A stretch of 64,000 nt of DNA, from the NCBI RefSeq assembly GCF_026571515.1, contig NW_026854867.1, forward strand, positions 62,001-126,000, written 5' to 3'. Each line of letters opens with the position of its first letter. Position 1 is the first letter of the stretch. Of this stretch, positions 1 to 13,535 are shown in pieces. The position numbers and the translations under genes are program-made. The notes beneath the pieces were generated by a model, which saw only the letters and a list, made by a program, of their open reading frames with translations, was not told where the DNA came from and did not search any database. Source of the DNA: Ruditapes philippinarum. Lineage: Eukaryota.

Positions 1-203
1 CATTCATAACTTTTAAGTAACTTTTTAGGGGCGACTTCAAAAATTTCTTTTTAATATAATCTTGGAGAAAGTTAATCTCATTTGTAAAAAAATTTTATCA
101 GTAGTTCCAAAGTTACCATAGAGATAGTTGGAAATATAATTTTGATATTTCTGTTACTGATAGTCCAACAAAATTACATGAACAACCAGCAAGTATCAAA
201 TTT

Positions 204-279
204 TGAGGGCTTGGTGCAAAACTATTGTAACTACCTTGATTTATGTAAGCATTTACAATAGTTTTGCACCAAACCCTCA
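204..279. repeat. Small palindromic element / hairpin with 27-bp arms
   Basis: tgagggcttggtgcaaaactattgtaa (204-230) is the reverse complement of ttacaatagttttgcaccaaaccctca (253-279) with one mismatch; 22-nt spacer. Confidence 0.8.
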
Positions 280-1260
280 CAATGTTTATTAATTCTGCTA
301 GCAGGAATGATATCATACTATGTAACCAGTATAATAAACCAGGCTTTCCTGATTGTGGATTTAACTCAATTAGTCACTACAGTGTTGGAGCAGTACCTCC
401 AGACTCTTGCAGAAATCATGATCATAAAATAGAAAAATATTACTTTTTACACAGATTTTTACAATTTTCATTCATCATCATATATAATTCGATGTGAACA
501 GATGCATTGGGAGTCTTAAGTGCATTTCAGTGGATGAAAAGGCAAGATTTTAGCATTTAATTGTTTAAGCTCCTTGTCCAGTAATACAACATTTAGAGTG
601 GTGCTCTAACACATTTTAGTTTCACACAATAATTGTGAAGTCTTACAAGGCTTAATATTGCAAGCTGCTCAATTTCAATATTGAATTTAACTGGTTATAT
701 AAGTGTATCAGTACTCTGGGTATTCTGGAGAAATAAGTCAAAAGAGGAAGATAATATAAAAGCTCTAGGTAAAAAGGCAGCAAGATTTTGAAAATTCAGG
801 TAATTCATCAATCACTTGTAGTTAGATAATATATTTTGTTTGAATGACCATGAAAAAGTGGACAATATAAAAATGATGGTTTATTTGCTTGTATTGATGT
901 ATCACATGTATAATTTGAAGTATTTAAGAGAATTTTAAACTGCTGTACAAAAATCTTGAACTGCCTTTTCACAATGTTCAGGAGTTTTTTTTTGTACATT
1001 TTCTTGAGTGTACAAAGCTATTATCTCGTGAAATATTCCTAAAAAAGTTATAAACAGTAAAGTTAAGATGTTTTCAAGAAGAAGAAAAAATTAACAACTG
1101 ACTATATATAGTTTTATACACTTTAATATTTTAGTGGCTTTATTTATGTTATAAAAGTACACATGTATATTTTCAATATGTCAATGTCTTGCATAAGTAC
1201 ATGTAGGCCTTCAGGCAGAGTTGATAGATAGTTTCTGAATGGAGCTTTTAGTAATTTTGG

Positions 1261-1600
1261 TTAAAGCAGCATGCCTCTAGATTTATGCAAATTTTCGTGA
1301 AAAATTTAAAAATGTATTTTAAATATTGTGAAGTGAACAAAGAAAATAATTTACACATTGCAAACAGCTATTGCAGTTGACGTAATTTTACCAAAAAGAG
1401 GTCAAAATAAGCAAAAATAACCCTTACTTCGTTAGTGACACAATATATGGTGAGAAATCTACAATTTCAGTCCATAATTGCACAAAATAAAGTTTTTACA
1501 TGTACTTGGATCATAAATCTTTTTATTTTTCTTAAAATCATTTTTGTCATTTTTTATTTTCTTGAAATAATTTGGCTAACCTGAAGGCATGCAGCTTTAA
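1261..1600. mobile_element. Non-autonomous TTAA-flanked DNA transposon (Kolobok-type MITE), family 1
   Basis: TTAA|agcagcatgcct ... aggcatgcagct|TTAA; TIR with 1 mismatch; related copy at 38169-38472. Confidence 0.75.
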
Positions 1601-4600
1601 AGACATTCTCATCTGTACATACATGTAGCCACCAATGTATAATAGTAACCTATAGTACTCTTACTCGTAATGATAAACAACACACACATGTATGTTATAT
1701 CAATCTGACTAAAGTTCAGATCTACTTTAATATTTCTTGCATGAAGATATGATTGCCACCATATTTGTTTCACCTTCATCATGATTTGGATTTCACGAGA
1801 AAGCTTTTTTTAGCCATTTAATCAAACCATACTTAAAAGATAGGCATTAGATGAAGTATCAAAATATTGTTGTCCATGGAAGTAAACCAAATTGTTGATT
1901 TTTGTTAGAAAAATTTTTTTGAAAATGATAGACTCAATTTTCAATAGGCTAGATTGTTTTGCCGGCTATATGGACAACACCATGTTTGTTCTCAAAATCG
2001 TGAAAATTAACTACTCAGTATTGGTTTTCCAGTGATTAAAATTAGAAACGGCATTGCTTTCAAAGTTGTGAAATATCGCTGATGATAGGCTGTTGGAAAG
2101 GTCACAAGGTGACAATTTTTTTGGTGGTTGTCAGATCCTAATGCATGACTTTAATCAGATTATATGTTATATATACAGTTCATATGTGTGTTATTTATAT
2201 GTGTTCAGTTATGGTGAAAATCAAAGATTATATTCAGGTATATTTTGAGACATTTTTATAACTAATACAAAGGCAGCAATAAATTACGCAATTTTCTTCA
2301 TTTTTTAAAGTTTAAATCACATGTTATTACATACTTTAACAATTGTAGATTGTAGTTGGCACCATGTATGTTTTGTGAATGTATTGTAACCATTGTTTGA
2401 TACATGTACATGTTTTGTGTACTTTATTTATCATGATTATAAACTAAGAGAATATAAGATAGTTTACCCAACTACATGGGTCAAACACTTGTTTAGCCAT
2501 ATTTTTATCCAATGACAAAATAGATATAAATAGGCACCTTGTTATTTTGAAAGAGCCATATGGAATTTAAATGACCTCTTTATTTTTGGTAATATATAAG
2601 CTACTAAAATTTCAAAAAAGACAAAAAAAGGTACAACATTTGATGAAAACAAAGTAACATGTTTCTCTGAGTTTCTGTGTGTATTATGTCTGATACATGT
2701 ATATTTAGAGCTTTTTGGGGGCAATGTTCTGTTTTAGAAAGAGATAAACTATAGTGTGAGATAGAGGCAAAATGGTTGTATCTCTGTTTGTATGTCTTAC
2801 GAGTTACAACGATTTTACACTAACCCTTCTGTATGAGGAATTAAACCATTTTCTTTTTTTTAATAAACAGTACTATTGTATAAAGTCTTATCCTCTATGT
2901 ACTCCCATTATTGACGTTCGTGTAATAATAAAAAATTGTAATTTTTGTAGAATATGGTTTCTTCTTTTTTCACCCTCATTTGTATATAATCTTATGTACG
3001 AAATGCTTACTGTACAAGTACATATTTTTAGTGACAGTCAATGTCTTATATTTTGACATATTAATGTTGTGTATAATATAATGGCGCAGGAGTGTTATAA
3101 AGCTATTTAAAACAGTGATAGTACACTAGTGTAATAAATCTTTGCAGTGAGTCATTTGAATTATATACAAAAATATAATTAAAGCGTGCTAATGTTAGCG
3201 TTACACTAAACTGCTCAAGAGTGATCTTTTGCAATACTCTTAAAAAACATCTCCTATACTGATAGGCCAATATATTCCATTTCATGCTAAATTCTGGTTG
3301 CCATGGCAACCGAACGAAAAAAAACAACAACAAAAAAACTTTAAAAAATCTTCTAAAAAATCGAAAGAGCTAGAGCTTATATTTAGGAGTGGGTATCTTT
3401 GGTAAAAAAAATCCCAGAGGCTAGCATAATATGATTTTATTGTAACTCGTTCAATAAAATTAATATTAAGTCTACACACATTCATTAGCTACAACTAAGA
3501 TATAGAGGATATTTGTTTGTTTGTGTGTAGCCACGAGTGAGAATACTGTTTTTAAAGTTCACGAGATGAAATAAAATTAAATCTTACACAACAAACAAAC
3601 AAATTTTCTTTTTATTTTATGCTTAAAAACAAGTTAAAGCGAAATTTCCTTAATATTTACGTTAATATTAAAATCTGTTTCCCCATTTAGAGCCTCAAAA
3701 AAGTCGAATTTCTCATTAAATACAAGAAGACATGGGCTGAAAAATAAGTTCCACAATCAACGTTAAATGGTGGTGATAGTATTCATTTTATTAAAAAAAT
3801 ATGTCTGATCGCATGTTTAAATAATAAAAACAAACAATTCTAGTAGGAGAAAAGGTCCAACCATCCATCCATATTTCTGTTACTGACTGCGAATTTATAT
3901 TAGACCTGGCTATGTTAAATGTAAACGGCCGTCAAGTTGTGTATTTCACTGGAGGAAAATAATTGTGTTTGATTCAGAGGGATATCATTTGGATTTGTTA
4001 GTCATACACCTTTTTAAAAGAAAAAAAACTTATATGAGGATTGTAACAGACAATAAATAAGTGTTGACAGATGTGTAAACATTCAAAAAAGTGGATAGGA
4101 AATTGGAAAACTTGGAAGCCTTACGAACGCTGGGTTGTTTAACATATTCTTCGACAGAAAGCTGCCATTGCTTTTCAAGTTTTCATAAAGCATACTGCAG
4201 TTTTTGCTCGTAGGATACTTAAATATTCCCAAATGTCATCAAGAGCAGTTTTGCATGTGGAAGGAATGTATTTTTCAGACTGTAAAATGAAACAAAAAAT
4301 TAAAGAGACGATATTTGGTGATTGGTAATTTTAATGAATAGAAGTAACTTATTGTAAGTTTTCTTCTTTTTATTACTTTTGACATATAAGTTATTTATCA
4401 ATTTCAGCTTTGCATTTCTTTAAACAGCCTGATATCGACAGAATAGTCAGCAAAAATAAAATTGAGGTACAACATGGGGAAAATCTTAAAAAAGTAGTTT
4501 CGTCATTGAAAAGTGTGAAATTATATTTTGATAATTTTCACTGTGAAATTATCGAATATAATTTTCACGGATAAATCAGTAATCCACTGAAAAGCATAAA

Positions 4601-4639
4601 ATTAAAAGGTTTATTTGGAAAATTGTCAAGGCTGTCATA

Positions 4640-6252
4640 TCCTTTGAAAAACTTCTCAATATCATTACAAAGTTTGAATATGTATCAGGTCTAAAACTTA
4701 ATTTGAACTAAATCTACTATTTTAAGCTTGCCGTCTCTTGTAGACACGTATTTAATATTTTGAAAAGATAAACACGTTAAATGAATCTGCTAAAACAATA
4801 GGCTTCAGCTTTTCAAACGACGTTAAATACATAGACCTCAATTTACAACCTAAGCTAAAAATTGTTTAAAACACTGGGAACATAGAAAACTGACTTTATT
4901 TCGAAAAATCACAGTAATGAAAACGTTTGCATGGTTTGCATTACCAAAACTTATTTATCATTTTACTGTTTTGCCAAACCCGTCTGATATATATATTAAA
5001 GAAAATAACAAAAGACCTATACTGCAGTATAATTTTATATGGAATTACAAAACAGAAAAAATAGAGATATATTACAAGTACATGTAGAATAAAAGATAAA
5101 GGGCTTTAAATGATAAATATTTTTTTCAAGTTATATCAAAGCATGCTTAGCCAAAAGTTTCCTGTCTCATGATGAAAATGTGCTTGGGATTACATTTTAC
5201 AATAAAACATTGGAACAAGCAGGAGGGGACCTAATATTTGAAAGTAAAATAGATAATAAAGATATCAAACAATTTTGTAAACACAATACTTTTCTTACAG
5301 CCTTTCTTGTTGCATGGCATAGTATCAAATTTGACAAATTAAATGAAACAATTGAAAAGCAAAAAAATATGGATCAATTTTAAGATAAAAATCATTTGGT
5401 ATTACTCTTTTTTATATAAAAGCAAATGGTTTGACAAAGGTATTAAATATCTAGCACAGTAGGATTTTTTTACTTCTTTGAGCATATTAAAGAATTATAT
5501 AATTAAAAAAACAATGAATTTCTAAAATTCTACCAAATCAACACAAGCAAAAATCAAAAGCAAAGAACAAATTCTTTAAGATGAAAATATCATATATATA
5601 GTGTAGTAAAAAAATATATATACTCTAGTAAAAGACCTAAGCAAAGTAAAACACCAAATTATTTACTATATATACGAAGCAAAGAACGGTTAAACCAAAA
5701 TCAATTAAATTTGAAAATAAATGGGAAAATGTTTTGGAAAATAATGATATAAAATGGAATTTAGTATAAAGCCAAATTTGAAAAGCTACTGTTGATACCA
5801 AAATAAGGACATTTCAGTTTAAATTTCTAATGCGAATAATTCCAACAAATAAAATATCTCTGAAAAATGAAATTGTCGAGTATAAACTTGTGTGATTTTT
5901 GTAACATGCAGCCTGAAAGTATGATACATTTATTCTGAGAATATCATTATGTTGAAATAATGTGTAATAGATTAGGAACTGTTTTAAATTGAAATGGAAT
6001 ACCTATTCTTTTCAGCTTAAAAAATATATGTTTTGATATTTTGCATAACAAAGTGATGTAATACATTTCATTATTCATCTAATGAAGTATTTCATTTTTC
6101 AACAAAAAAAGAAAAAAAAAGAAGAAAGAAAACAACAACAAAAGTTACCTTTTTTCTGTCATTTTCTTTCATATTTAAAACACTATTGAAAAAGAAATTG
6201 CAATTATTCCAAACATGGTTGAGTACCATTTTAAGAAATGGTCCTTTTTATT
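4640..6252 (+). mobile_element. Decayed non-LTR retrotransposon ORF2 (L1/Tx1 type), RT C-terminal part and zf-RVT
   Basis: Fragmented frames read FEYVSGLKLNL (~4675), KLTLF.KITVMKTF..LPKLIYHFTVLPNP (~4890-4980), TVDTKIRTFQFKFLMRIIPTNK (~5790) and CDFCNMQPESMIHLF (~5890); many stops/frameshifts; T-rich tail probably resumes after the Tc1 at ~7968-8065. Confidence 0.75.
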
Positions 6253-6254
6253 TA

Positions 6255-7965
6255 ACTAGACCTTTGGTTAATCAGCTATATTTTTTAATGTAATTGTATT
6301 GATCAATTAAGGTTATATTTCGGATATTTATTTCTACACATACGACGCATACTTCTGTAGAATTTTATTCAAATCACATTTCGATAAAATGTCAAACTTA
6401 ACAGAAAAAAAACAGTCTTATAAAAAGTCAAAGTCGCAAAATGGCGGCAAAATAACAATGTGAAAAGTCACTCAACAATATCACTTAACTGTCCTGGTAA
6501 AACTCTCTGGTTTAATATTTAGTGTGACCACCTCTAGCTCTCAGTAAGTGAGCACATCGTTGTCTCATCGACATAACATAGTTTGAAATAGTCTGCTGAG
6601 GAATGTTGGCCCATTCTTGGATCAGCATCTACTCTAACTGAACAAGATTTGCGGGCGGATTCGGTCCGTTCCGAACACGGCGGCCAAGTTCATCCCACAA
6701 ATGCTCAATGGGGTTCATGTCCGGGGATTTAGACGGCCATGGAAGAACTCTCACTTGTTGCTGTCGTAGAAGCCTCTCCGTGGTCGCAGCTTTGTGCGGG
6801 GTCACCCCATCCTGCATCAGAACCATACCTCGCCCACCGGCACGCAGGTGAGGTATGGCCTCCGGAATCAGAATCTCCTGTTGATATCTCAAAGCGTTGA
6901 GATTATCACAGATGACTACGAGGTTGGTCTTAGTATTAAATGAAATCCCAGCCCAAACCATCACCGATCCCCACCGTAGTGGTCACGCTCGTGAAAGCAG
7001 CTGTCGTTTAAATGCTCGCCTCGACGCCTATAGACGCGCATCCTGCCGTCACTGTTTTTCAAGTTGAAACGGCTTTCGTCTGTGAATAAGACGTTGGCCC
7101 ATTCAGCACGAGTCATTCTCTGGTGACGGCGGACCCATTGCTCACGTCTTCGGCGATGTACGTCGGTAAGTACAAGGCCACGAAACGGCCTCCTTGCTCT
7201 TATACCATGATCACGGAGGCGATTAAGTACCGTTTTCTAGCTTATTGATCTGTTATGAGTACCTATCGTCTGCCTGGCGGTTGAAGCTGCAGTTCTAAAA
7301 GGTTGTTAAGGTGATCAGCAACAATCTGTGCATCTTGTGCTGGAGTTGTCACTTTTCTGCGAGGTTGCCTGCGCTCTTCTTCAACACGATCTGCGCGCTG
7401 GAACTTGGTGAAGAGGTTGGTGATTGTACAGACATGCCTGCCAAAAAATCGAGCAACTTGCAGAGAGAACAGAAGACATGCAACTTCATATCATATCTGT
7501 ACATTTTTCTAAGCTATAAATGCTAAAATAATTTGATTAAATATTGTTATTTACAATAAATTATTTCACGAAGAATGATTTAATACCATATTTAGATGAA
7601 CAGAATATTTCAATGATGAATACCTGTACTCGGGATGAGTCAGCCTGTAACATGCCAATTGCGCGAGCGCGTTCTGCATTGTTCATACGTGGAATTTCAG
7701 CAGTTCTATCACTTAAATGGTTTTGGTATGATTTTTGCTATAGAATACTGATTTGATAAGAAAAATCGATTTTGAGCACTGAATTCACATAATCTCGTGC
7801 ATAATTATAAAACTACACATGAAAGCATGTGCAAATTGGAATATCGTCACGGTCGATGATTTTCATGATTTTTAAAAAGCATTGGCCATGTAATTAATTA
7901 ATGCAAATAATAAAGTCCATATCTTTTACCATTATTGAATAATTTTAATTTAAAAAAGGTCTAGT
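6255..7965 (-). mobile_element. Tc1-family (DD34E) DNA transposon, defective
   Basis: TA|actagaccttt (6255-6265) ... aaaggtctagt|TA (7955-7965): 11-bp TIR with TA target duplication; encloses transposase remnants. Confidence 0.85.
6512..7695 (-). pseudogene. Tc1 transposase pseudogene, two exons (7695-7624 and 7457-6512)
   Basis: PRMNNAERARAIGMLQ...VARFFG (HTH), WANVLFTDESRF, VMVWAGIS, MQDGVTPH, WPSKSPDMNPIEHLW (34 aa between D and E), C-term RGGHTKY*; premature TAG at 6629-6631 and frameshifts near 6970 and 7295. Confidence 0.9.
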
Positions 7966-8534
7966 TAGAACATCCTTTCAGTGTTCTCTTAAGTATCTTT
8001 TTTTCTGGGCAATCATTTATCTTTCATTAGTTTTATTCCAGCATGTTTCATTGTATGTGTCTACTTCGTGTTTAACTACTAGTGTTTGAAAGACCCTGCT
8101 TTAGGCATGATGCTTTAGGCCTCAACAGAGTACTAATTAAAGATATGATATACAATTTTCAGAGCAACACAACACTTCAGGAGTCCTGAAAAATCAATTC
8201 CCTCCAAGTGTGTCCCTTGCAGAATTTACACACTTTTATTACTGGATTTTGTGTAATTTTTGGTACTGACCAATTAAGAAGATTGATAAAAAGGTAGACC
8301 AAAATGTTTACACCTGGATAGCATGGAGGGAGCATTTAGGAAATTACCATATCCTCATTCCTGGAATTGATAGAATATTTGAGAACCATAAAACCTCTTC
8401 TATATTTTGGTCTTATGGTAATGAACTATTTTTCCTTCATAAGTAATGATGGAAACTCCTCCATTTTTTAATAAAATTTTTAGCCTATAATAATTTTCTT
8501 AGTAATTTGGGATTCGAACATGCTACAACTCGGG

Positions 8535-8825
8535 TGAGGGGGCTACCCAAGTGTTTTTCAACATAAATTTTATCATATATAACTAAATATTTACATTTTT
8601 GCTCTAATTTTTTCGGGAAATTCATTCATTAAACACACCATCGGGGCCACCCAACGAATGGTCTTACTTTTCAATATAATCGCCCTCTACATCAATGCAC
8701 TTTGCCCACCTGTGCTCCAACTTGTTTAACCCTTCAAAATAGCACTCTCTATTTTGGTCCTCAAAGCACTCATTGGCTGCCTCCATGACACCTTGCTTCC
8801 CAAAAGTCTACCACGAAGCAAATTT
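8535..8825 (-). mobile_element. Mariner transposon 3' remnant (transposase C-terminus plus probable terminus)
   Basis: Minus frame LRGR...VMEAANECFEDQNRECYFEGLNKLEHRWAKCIDVEGDYIEK* (stop at 8664-8666) matches the mariner C-terminal L..RW.KCI...GDY.E pattern; gagggggctacccaa at ~8536 resembles a mariner end. Confidence 0.7.
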
Positions 8826-8857
8826 TAACATGCTGTTTATAACTTAATCTAAAGTAA

Positions 8858-8945
8858 ACATTCATTCATTCATTCATTCATTCGATCGTTCGTTCGTTCG
8901 TTCGTTCGTTCGTTCATTCATTCATTTATTCAATTCAATTCAATA
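8858..8945. repeat. Compound microsatellite (CATT)n(CGTT)n(CATT)n
   Basis: Directly visible tetranucleotide array. Confidence 0.9.
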
Positions 8946-9666
8946 ATTTCAATTCATAGATTAATTAATTAATTGATTAATAATTAATTTTTATCTATTT
9001 TGCATATCAACATTTTAAAGTACAAATTTACTTCTTATTAAAGATTCTACTCCTATCAAAGTAAAGTCAAAATGACACCATAATTATTAGAAATACACAT
9101 ATAGTATAAATTAATGAACATATGACCTGTATACATCTTAATGGTGTGTAACGATGTTAAATGAACGCGCTATTAATTAATGTACACAATTACTGCAAAG
9201 CAATTTTAGAATGAACGTGCTTCAAGTTGTCACGTAGTCAACCTTTAATCTTTAGTTGCCATCAATCAAACATCTAATGCTGACGGTTCTTTATATCACT
9301 GAACATAGGAAAACGGTATTCACTATGGTTGTTAATCGATGGTTGTATTGCACGTATGCATTGCATGTATATTAAATACACATATAATATATAATCGTTG
9401 TATATAAATAGAATACATATTTTTGTTGAGATACTAAACCTACCGATATTATGTTTATTGACATACATCCACGTGTTTTCTCTATGGATCTAAAAAGAAT
9501 TATTTATTTATAAATGCTTAATTATCTTTTTTTTCTTGTTTAGTACTGTATGAGTAGCTTAGTTTATAAAACATTTTATCTGATACGAAATGTCCTAAAT
9601 ATTAAACTTGATTATATTGGACCGCTTAGAGATAGTGCTTATGGAATAGCATGTTAGATCTGAGAC

Positions 9667-12600
9667 ATGACAAATATCAAAAGAGATAGTGGATGGAGTT
9701 GGTTAGTGTTGTTTTGTGTGGTTTGTTGTCAAGTTGTACTTGGAGGGATTTGCTTATCGGGTGGAATATTTTACATAGAGTTCACGAATGCATTCGGTGA
9801 CAAACCCGTGGAAACATCCTGGTTGTGTTCACTTCCTATCACCATGTGGTTTATTTCATGTGAGTCATTTTTCCCTTTCATAAGTGTAGCGAGACAGTTA
9901 ATGTCATTCAAAGGCAATTATTCGGAGAATAACTTTATAAGATCGATATATTTCGCTCTTATCCAATTTACGGCGTCTATAGCTAAATCTGTATATTATG
10001 TATTGTGTATGGAATTAAATATGTTTAAACATAATCGATTATTTCCTGGACATATTCATTATCTAACTTTGTGGATAAAGTGACTTCATATTTATATTCA
10101 CCCTTATCTTACACAGGCTTTATGTTGTCACGAAAGCTAAAGAAAATGATGTGAATTTGTTCGTTTACAATTCTTATCGTTTCGGTTCTCCTCCTTTATA
10201 AATTTTATGTAGTTAAACGGAATGCGAAGATATAAATAACCTTTTAAAAGGCCCTTGTACATGAAATAGGATATACTGAAATAAAAAAAAAGAAAACTGC
10301 AGTTACACAAGTATAGGTAGATGGATTTTTCTAAATTGATCGTAGATCTATTTGGTTGTTTTAATACTCTCCTTTTTTATTTACTTTTAAATATCTCACA
10401 ACTTAGGGTACTGAATATATGCCCTTGATCTAAATAAAAACGTGATATTTTCTGTTCATTTAATTTTAAAGAGAAAACATTTTATATTTTATGTATAAAT
10501 AATATAAATCCGTGGTAACATTTATTTTTATATTCATTGCAAAAGATTGAAATGATACAAATTTCTATTCAATTATAAAATTGTGTTAACCTGTGTCAGG
10601 ATAATTAAAAAAATCTGAAAGAAAACGTATTAATACATATATTTGAAATAATGCGGTATATATGCTGCTGAACGTGTGGACGAAGACCCAAGTTAGTGTA
10701 AAACATCGGCTCTTTCCATATGCTTCGGATAAGAGTTTATTGCGAAGCAAAATAGCCGAGGATATCAGATTGAGACCCAAGGTGTCAATCACTTTATGCT
10801 GGAACTTGTATTGTTGTAACAATGATCTACGTATAGATATTTTATATTTCAGCACCGATAGGAAGTGTATTGACAAATCGCTATGGCTGTCGTGTTTGTT
10901 CGTTTGTGGGAGGCATTCTAGCAGCACTGGGACTTTCCCTGAGTTACTTCGCTACAAGTTTAACATACCTTTTCTTTTCACACGGTTTTCTAACAGGTTT
11001 GTTCTATTGTCTTACAAAGTGTCTAATAATAAAAGTCACTAAAGCAGAGGTACTAAGGTGCATGGTTGCTATGGTATCTGTAATGGTTGTTGTTCTTGCT
11101 TCATGAAAAGTTAACTCTCAAATGCTTAGAGATTGATCAATCGTTGTAAATAATGTACAGGAATAGAACAGAAAATGAATAATGGTTAGAACTTGTTTGT
11201 ATCAATTCTGAATATGGATTTGATTTGTTAGATACATCTTGTCCATCCATACATAGTTTTGGTTGAGTTTAACGTCACGCCAACACTGTTAAGGCAATAT
11301 GGCGTATTTTCAGCTTTACTAGGACCATAATGGCCTCAGGCTCCGCTCTGGTCAGTGTTTAGGGACGGACAGGCACCTGAGTTGAACCACCGACATTCTC
11401 CATATATACATACACCATGTACCAACCAATTGTATATAACAGGTACAAAGTCTGTTTCAAAACTTTGCTTAATTGAATTGCCTTTTTAACGTTTTAACGT
11501 TTCAAATATGAAATACATGACTGTTATATTTTAAAGTATTACTAGTTTGTTAATTTATAATTTCAGGTCTTGGACTGGGTATTAACTATAATGGATGTAT
11601 GTCGGCATTGAACGTTTACTTTGACAAATACAAGACTTTAGCTGCTGGTATTGCATCAATTGGTCACAATCTTGGTCTTGTGATATTTGCTGATTTGATT
11701 TCTTTCTTGGTTGAACACTTTGCCTTGAAAGGAATGTTCCTTGTCCTTAGCGGATTAACATTCAATCTATGCGCATGCGCAATGGTAATGTTCCCGATAA
11801 GTGTTGAAAAATATGCTCAAACAGATCATTTTAGAACCGCAACTGTGATGAAAACTTCTAAAAGGAATTTTATAAACTTTTCTCGGTTTTTCTGTGTGGA
11901 AGTAATGTGTTTGTTAACTTAAGTCAAGGAATTTATATATTGCATTTACCGTCATATTCAAAAGATGTAGGTTTCAACCAAAATGACTTTGGAACTGTGC
12001 TCATGGTTTATGGTATATCAAATATCATTGGCAAAGTATTTTATAGTTTTTTAGGTCACCATCCACAAGTTAATGTAATGGCTGTATATACTATTTCACT
12101 TACAATGACTGGAATAAGTATGGGTCTAACTCCAGTGTTCCTCACAAGAACTGGGATGCTTGTGCTAGCTGGCTGTGTCGGATTTTTCTTCTGTGTAACA
12201 GGGGCATTAATCAACGCTATTGTCCACAGTATTGTCGGATTTAAAAGGTTTCCAGACGGGATCGGAATGTCAATGCCGTTTAAAGCAACAGGTAATCTCA
12301 TCGGAGGGCCATTAGCGGGTAAGCTGTTTTATGATATATTGTCTTCTAGTTTCATATCAAAGTTACTTGCTTTATTTATATTGCATAGAGTTCTTTATAG
12401 ATTGACGTTTTACTTTTCGTTGGAGACAAGTTCTTTAAGTTTAACATCTAAACTGCTGGGACAGAAACAGCAAAGCCTTTGTCATCAATGATGTTAGTCA
12501 ACCTTGGTGTATATGAAGCATGAGTAGGCTGCTAAATTCTTTCATCATTTAATTCCTTATATAAACTGCAGTTTTTTTAAAAAAAAAAAATCCAGAGCAG

Positions 12601-13535
12601 GGCGTGCTCAGTTTTACAAATACATGTAATTGTAAGAATTTTAAACATAAGGAATGAAAAAACTCTGAAAGTCGCCCCATCACGGCAAAGTGTAAGAATG
12701 TCTCAGACTTAGTTTAGTTTTCCGGTTTGTAAAACACAAGATACTGTCCTTGCCACCCAGACACATTCTTAAGTAGAATTCGATATTTAAATATGAAAAT
12801 GGTGAAATTTAGAATTGATTAAGAAAGCTGTTTCTATTTAAAGATATTGTAATGAATATGAATATGCGTTCATTGAATGCCCCCCTTTCTTGTTGATCTT
12901 GTTTTTCGTATTCTGAGATCGAGATAAATTAGCCTTATTTTTAAGAGTTCAGTGACCAATCATATGAAGAATACTAAGACTGTATTCCGAAAACTTACAA
13001 AATACGTGATGGAAGATAACTTATACAGCACAAGCAGGTATTTGTTTTGAGTTTGTTAGATCACGTGTACAAAATGTTATGAAGGAATGCTGCATTGTAT
13101 TTCGGACCAAAACTATATTATTCTTTTTTTTGTCCGAGATTGTATGTTGTAAAATATAGAAATGATAAAATAATCAAGATTTGACCAGATTTAATATCTA
13201 TTTCAGGTGTCTTGCTGACAATTACTGGAAGTTATGCCTTTTCATTTTATATGGCCGGTGTCAGTATGATTTTAGCATCTTGTCTTATGGTCCATCCAAT
13301 AGTTCATATAAGACAACGAGAAAAGAATCACAAAAACAAAAATATCAATATTGTTTGTGAACAGGACGTAGTAATCGACGGGAAAGCATCGTTTAATAAG
13401 GCAGACAATCAGGAAATAAAAGAGCATGATGAAAAACAATGCGAACCATTTTTATGTAATAATTCAAAGATGATGGACACAGACACGGGTGACAGAATTT
13501 ATGAAGAGATTCCATGTTTGGATAGCGAAAAATAA
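9667..13535 (+). CDS. Monocarboxylate transporter (SLC16/MFS) copy A; 4 coding exons; frameshift in exon 3 (possible pseudogene or assembly error)
   Basis: Exons 9667-9859, 10853-10996, 11567-12318, 13207-13535, all GT-AG with phase-1 junctions; motifs RDSGWSW, SPIGSVLTNRYGCR, YFDKYKTLAAGIAS, LIGGPLAG, TGSYAFSFYMAG; ~19-bp deletion vs paralogues near 11880-11890 shifts frame (ORFs 11599-11922 and 11907-12491). Confidence 0.85.
11262..11395 (-). mobile_element. SINE 3' fragment (mollusc tRNA-derived type) in MCT intron 2
   Basis: Minus strand gtcggtggttcaactcaggtgcc...aaagctgaaaatacgccatattgcc...tgttggcgtgacgttaaactcaac resembles the tail of bivalve SINEs (recognised from memory). Confidence 0.5.

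Noticed and set aside
264-497. 77-aa ORF as terminal exon of an upstream gene
   Set aside because: Starts within a palindromic repeat, no recognisable motif or clear acceptor
10586-11042. ORFs 10586-10927(-) and 10662-11042(+)
   Set aside because: Alternate-frame or antisense overlaps of MCT intron 1 and exon 2
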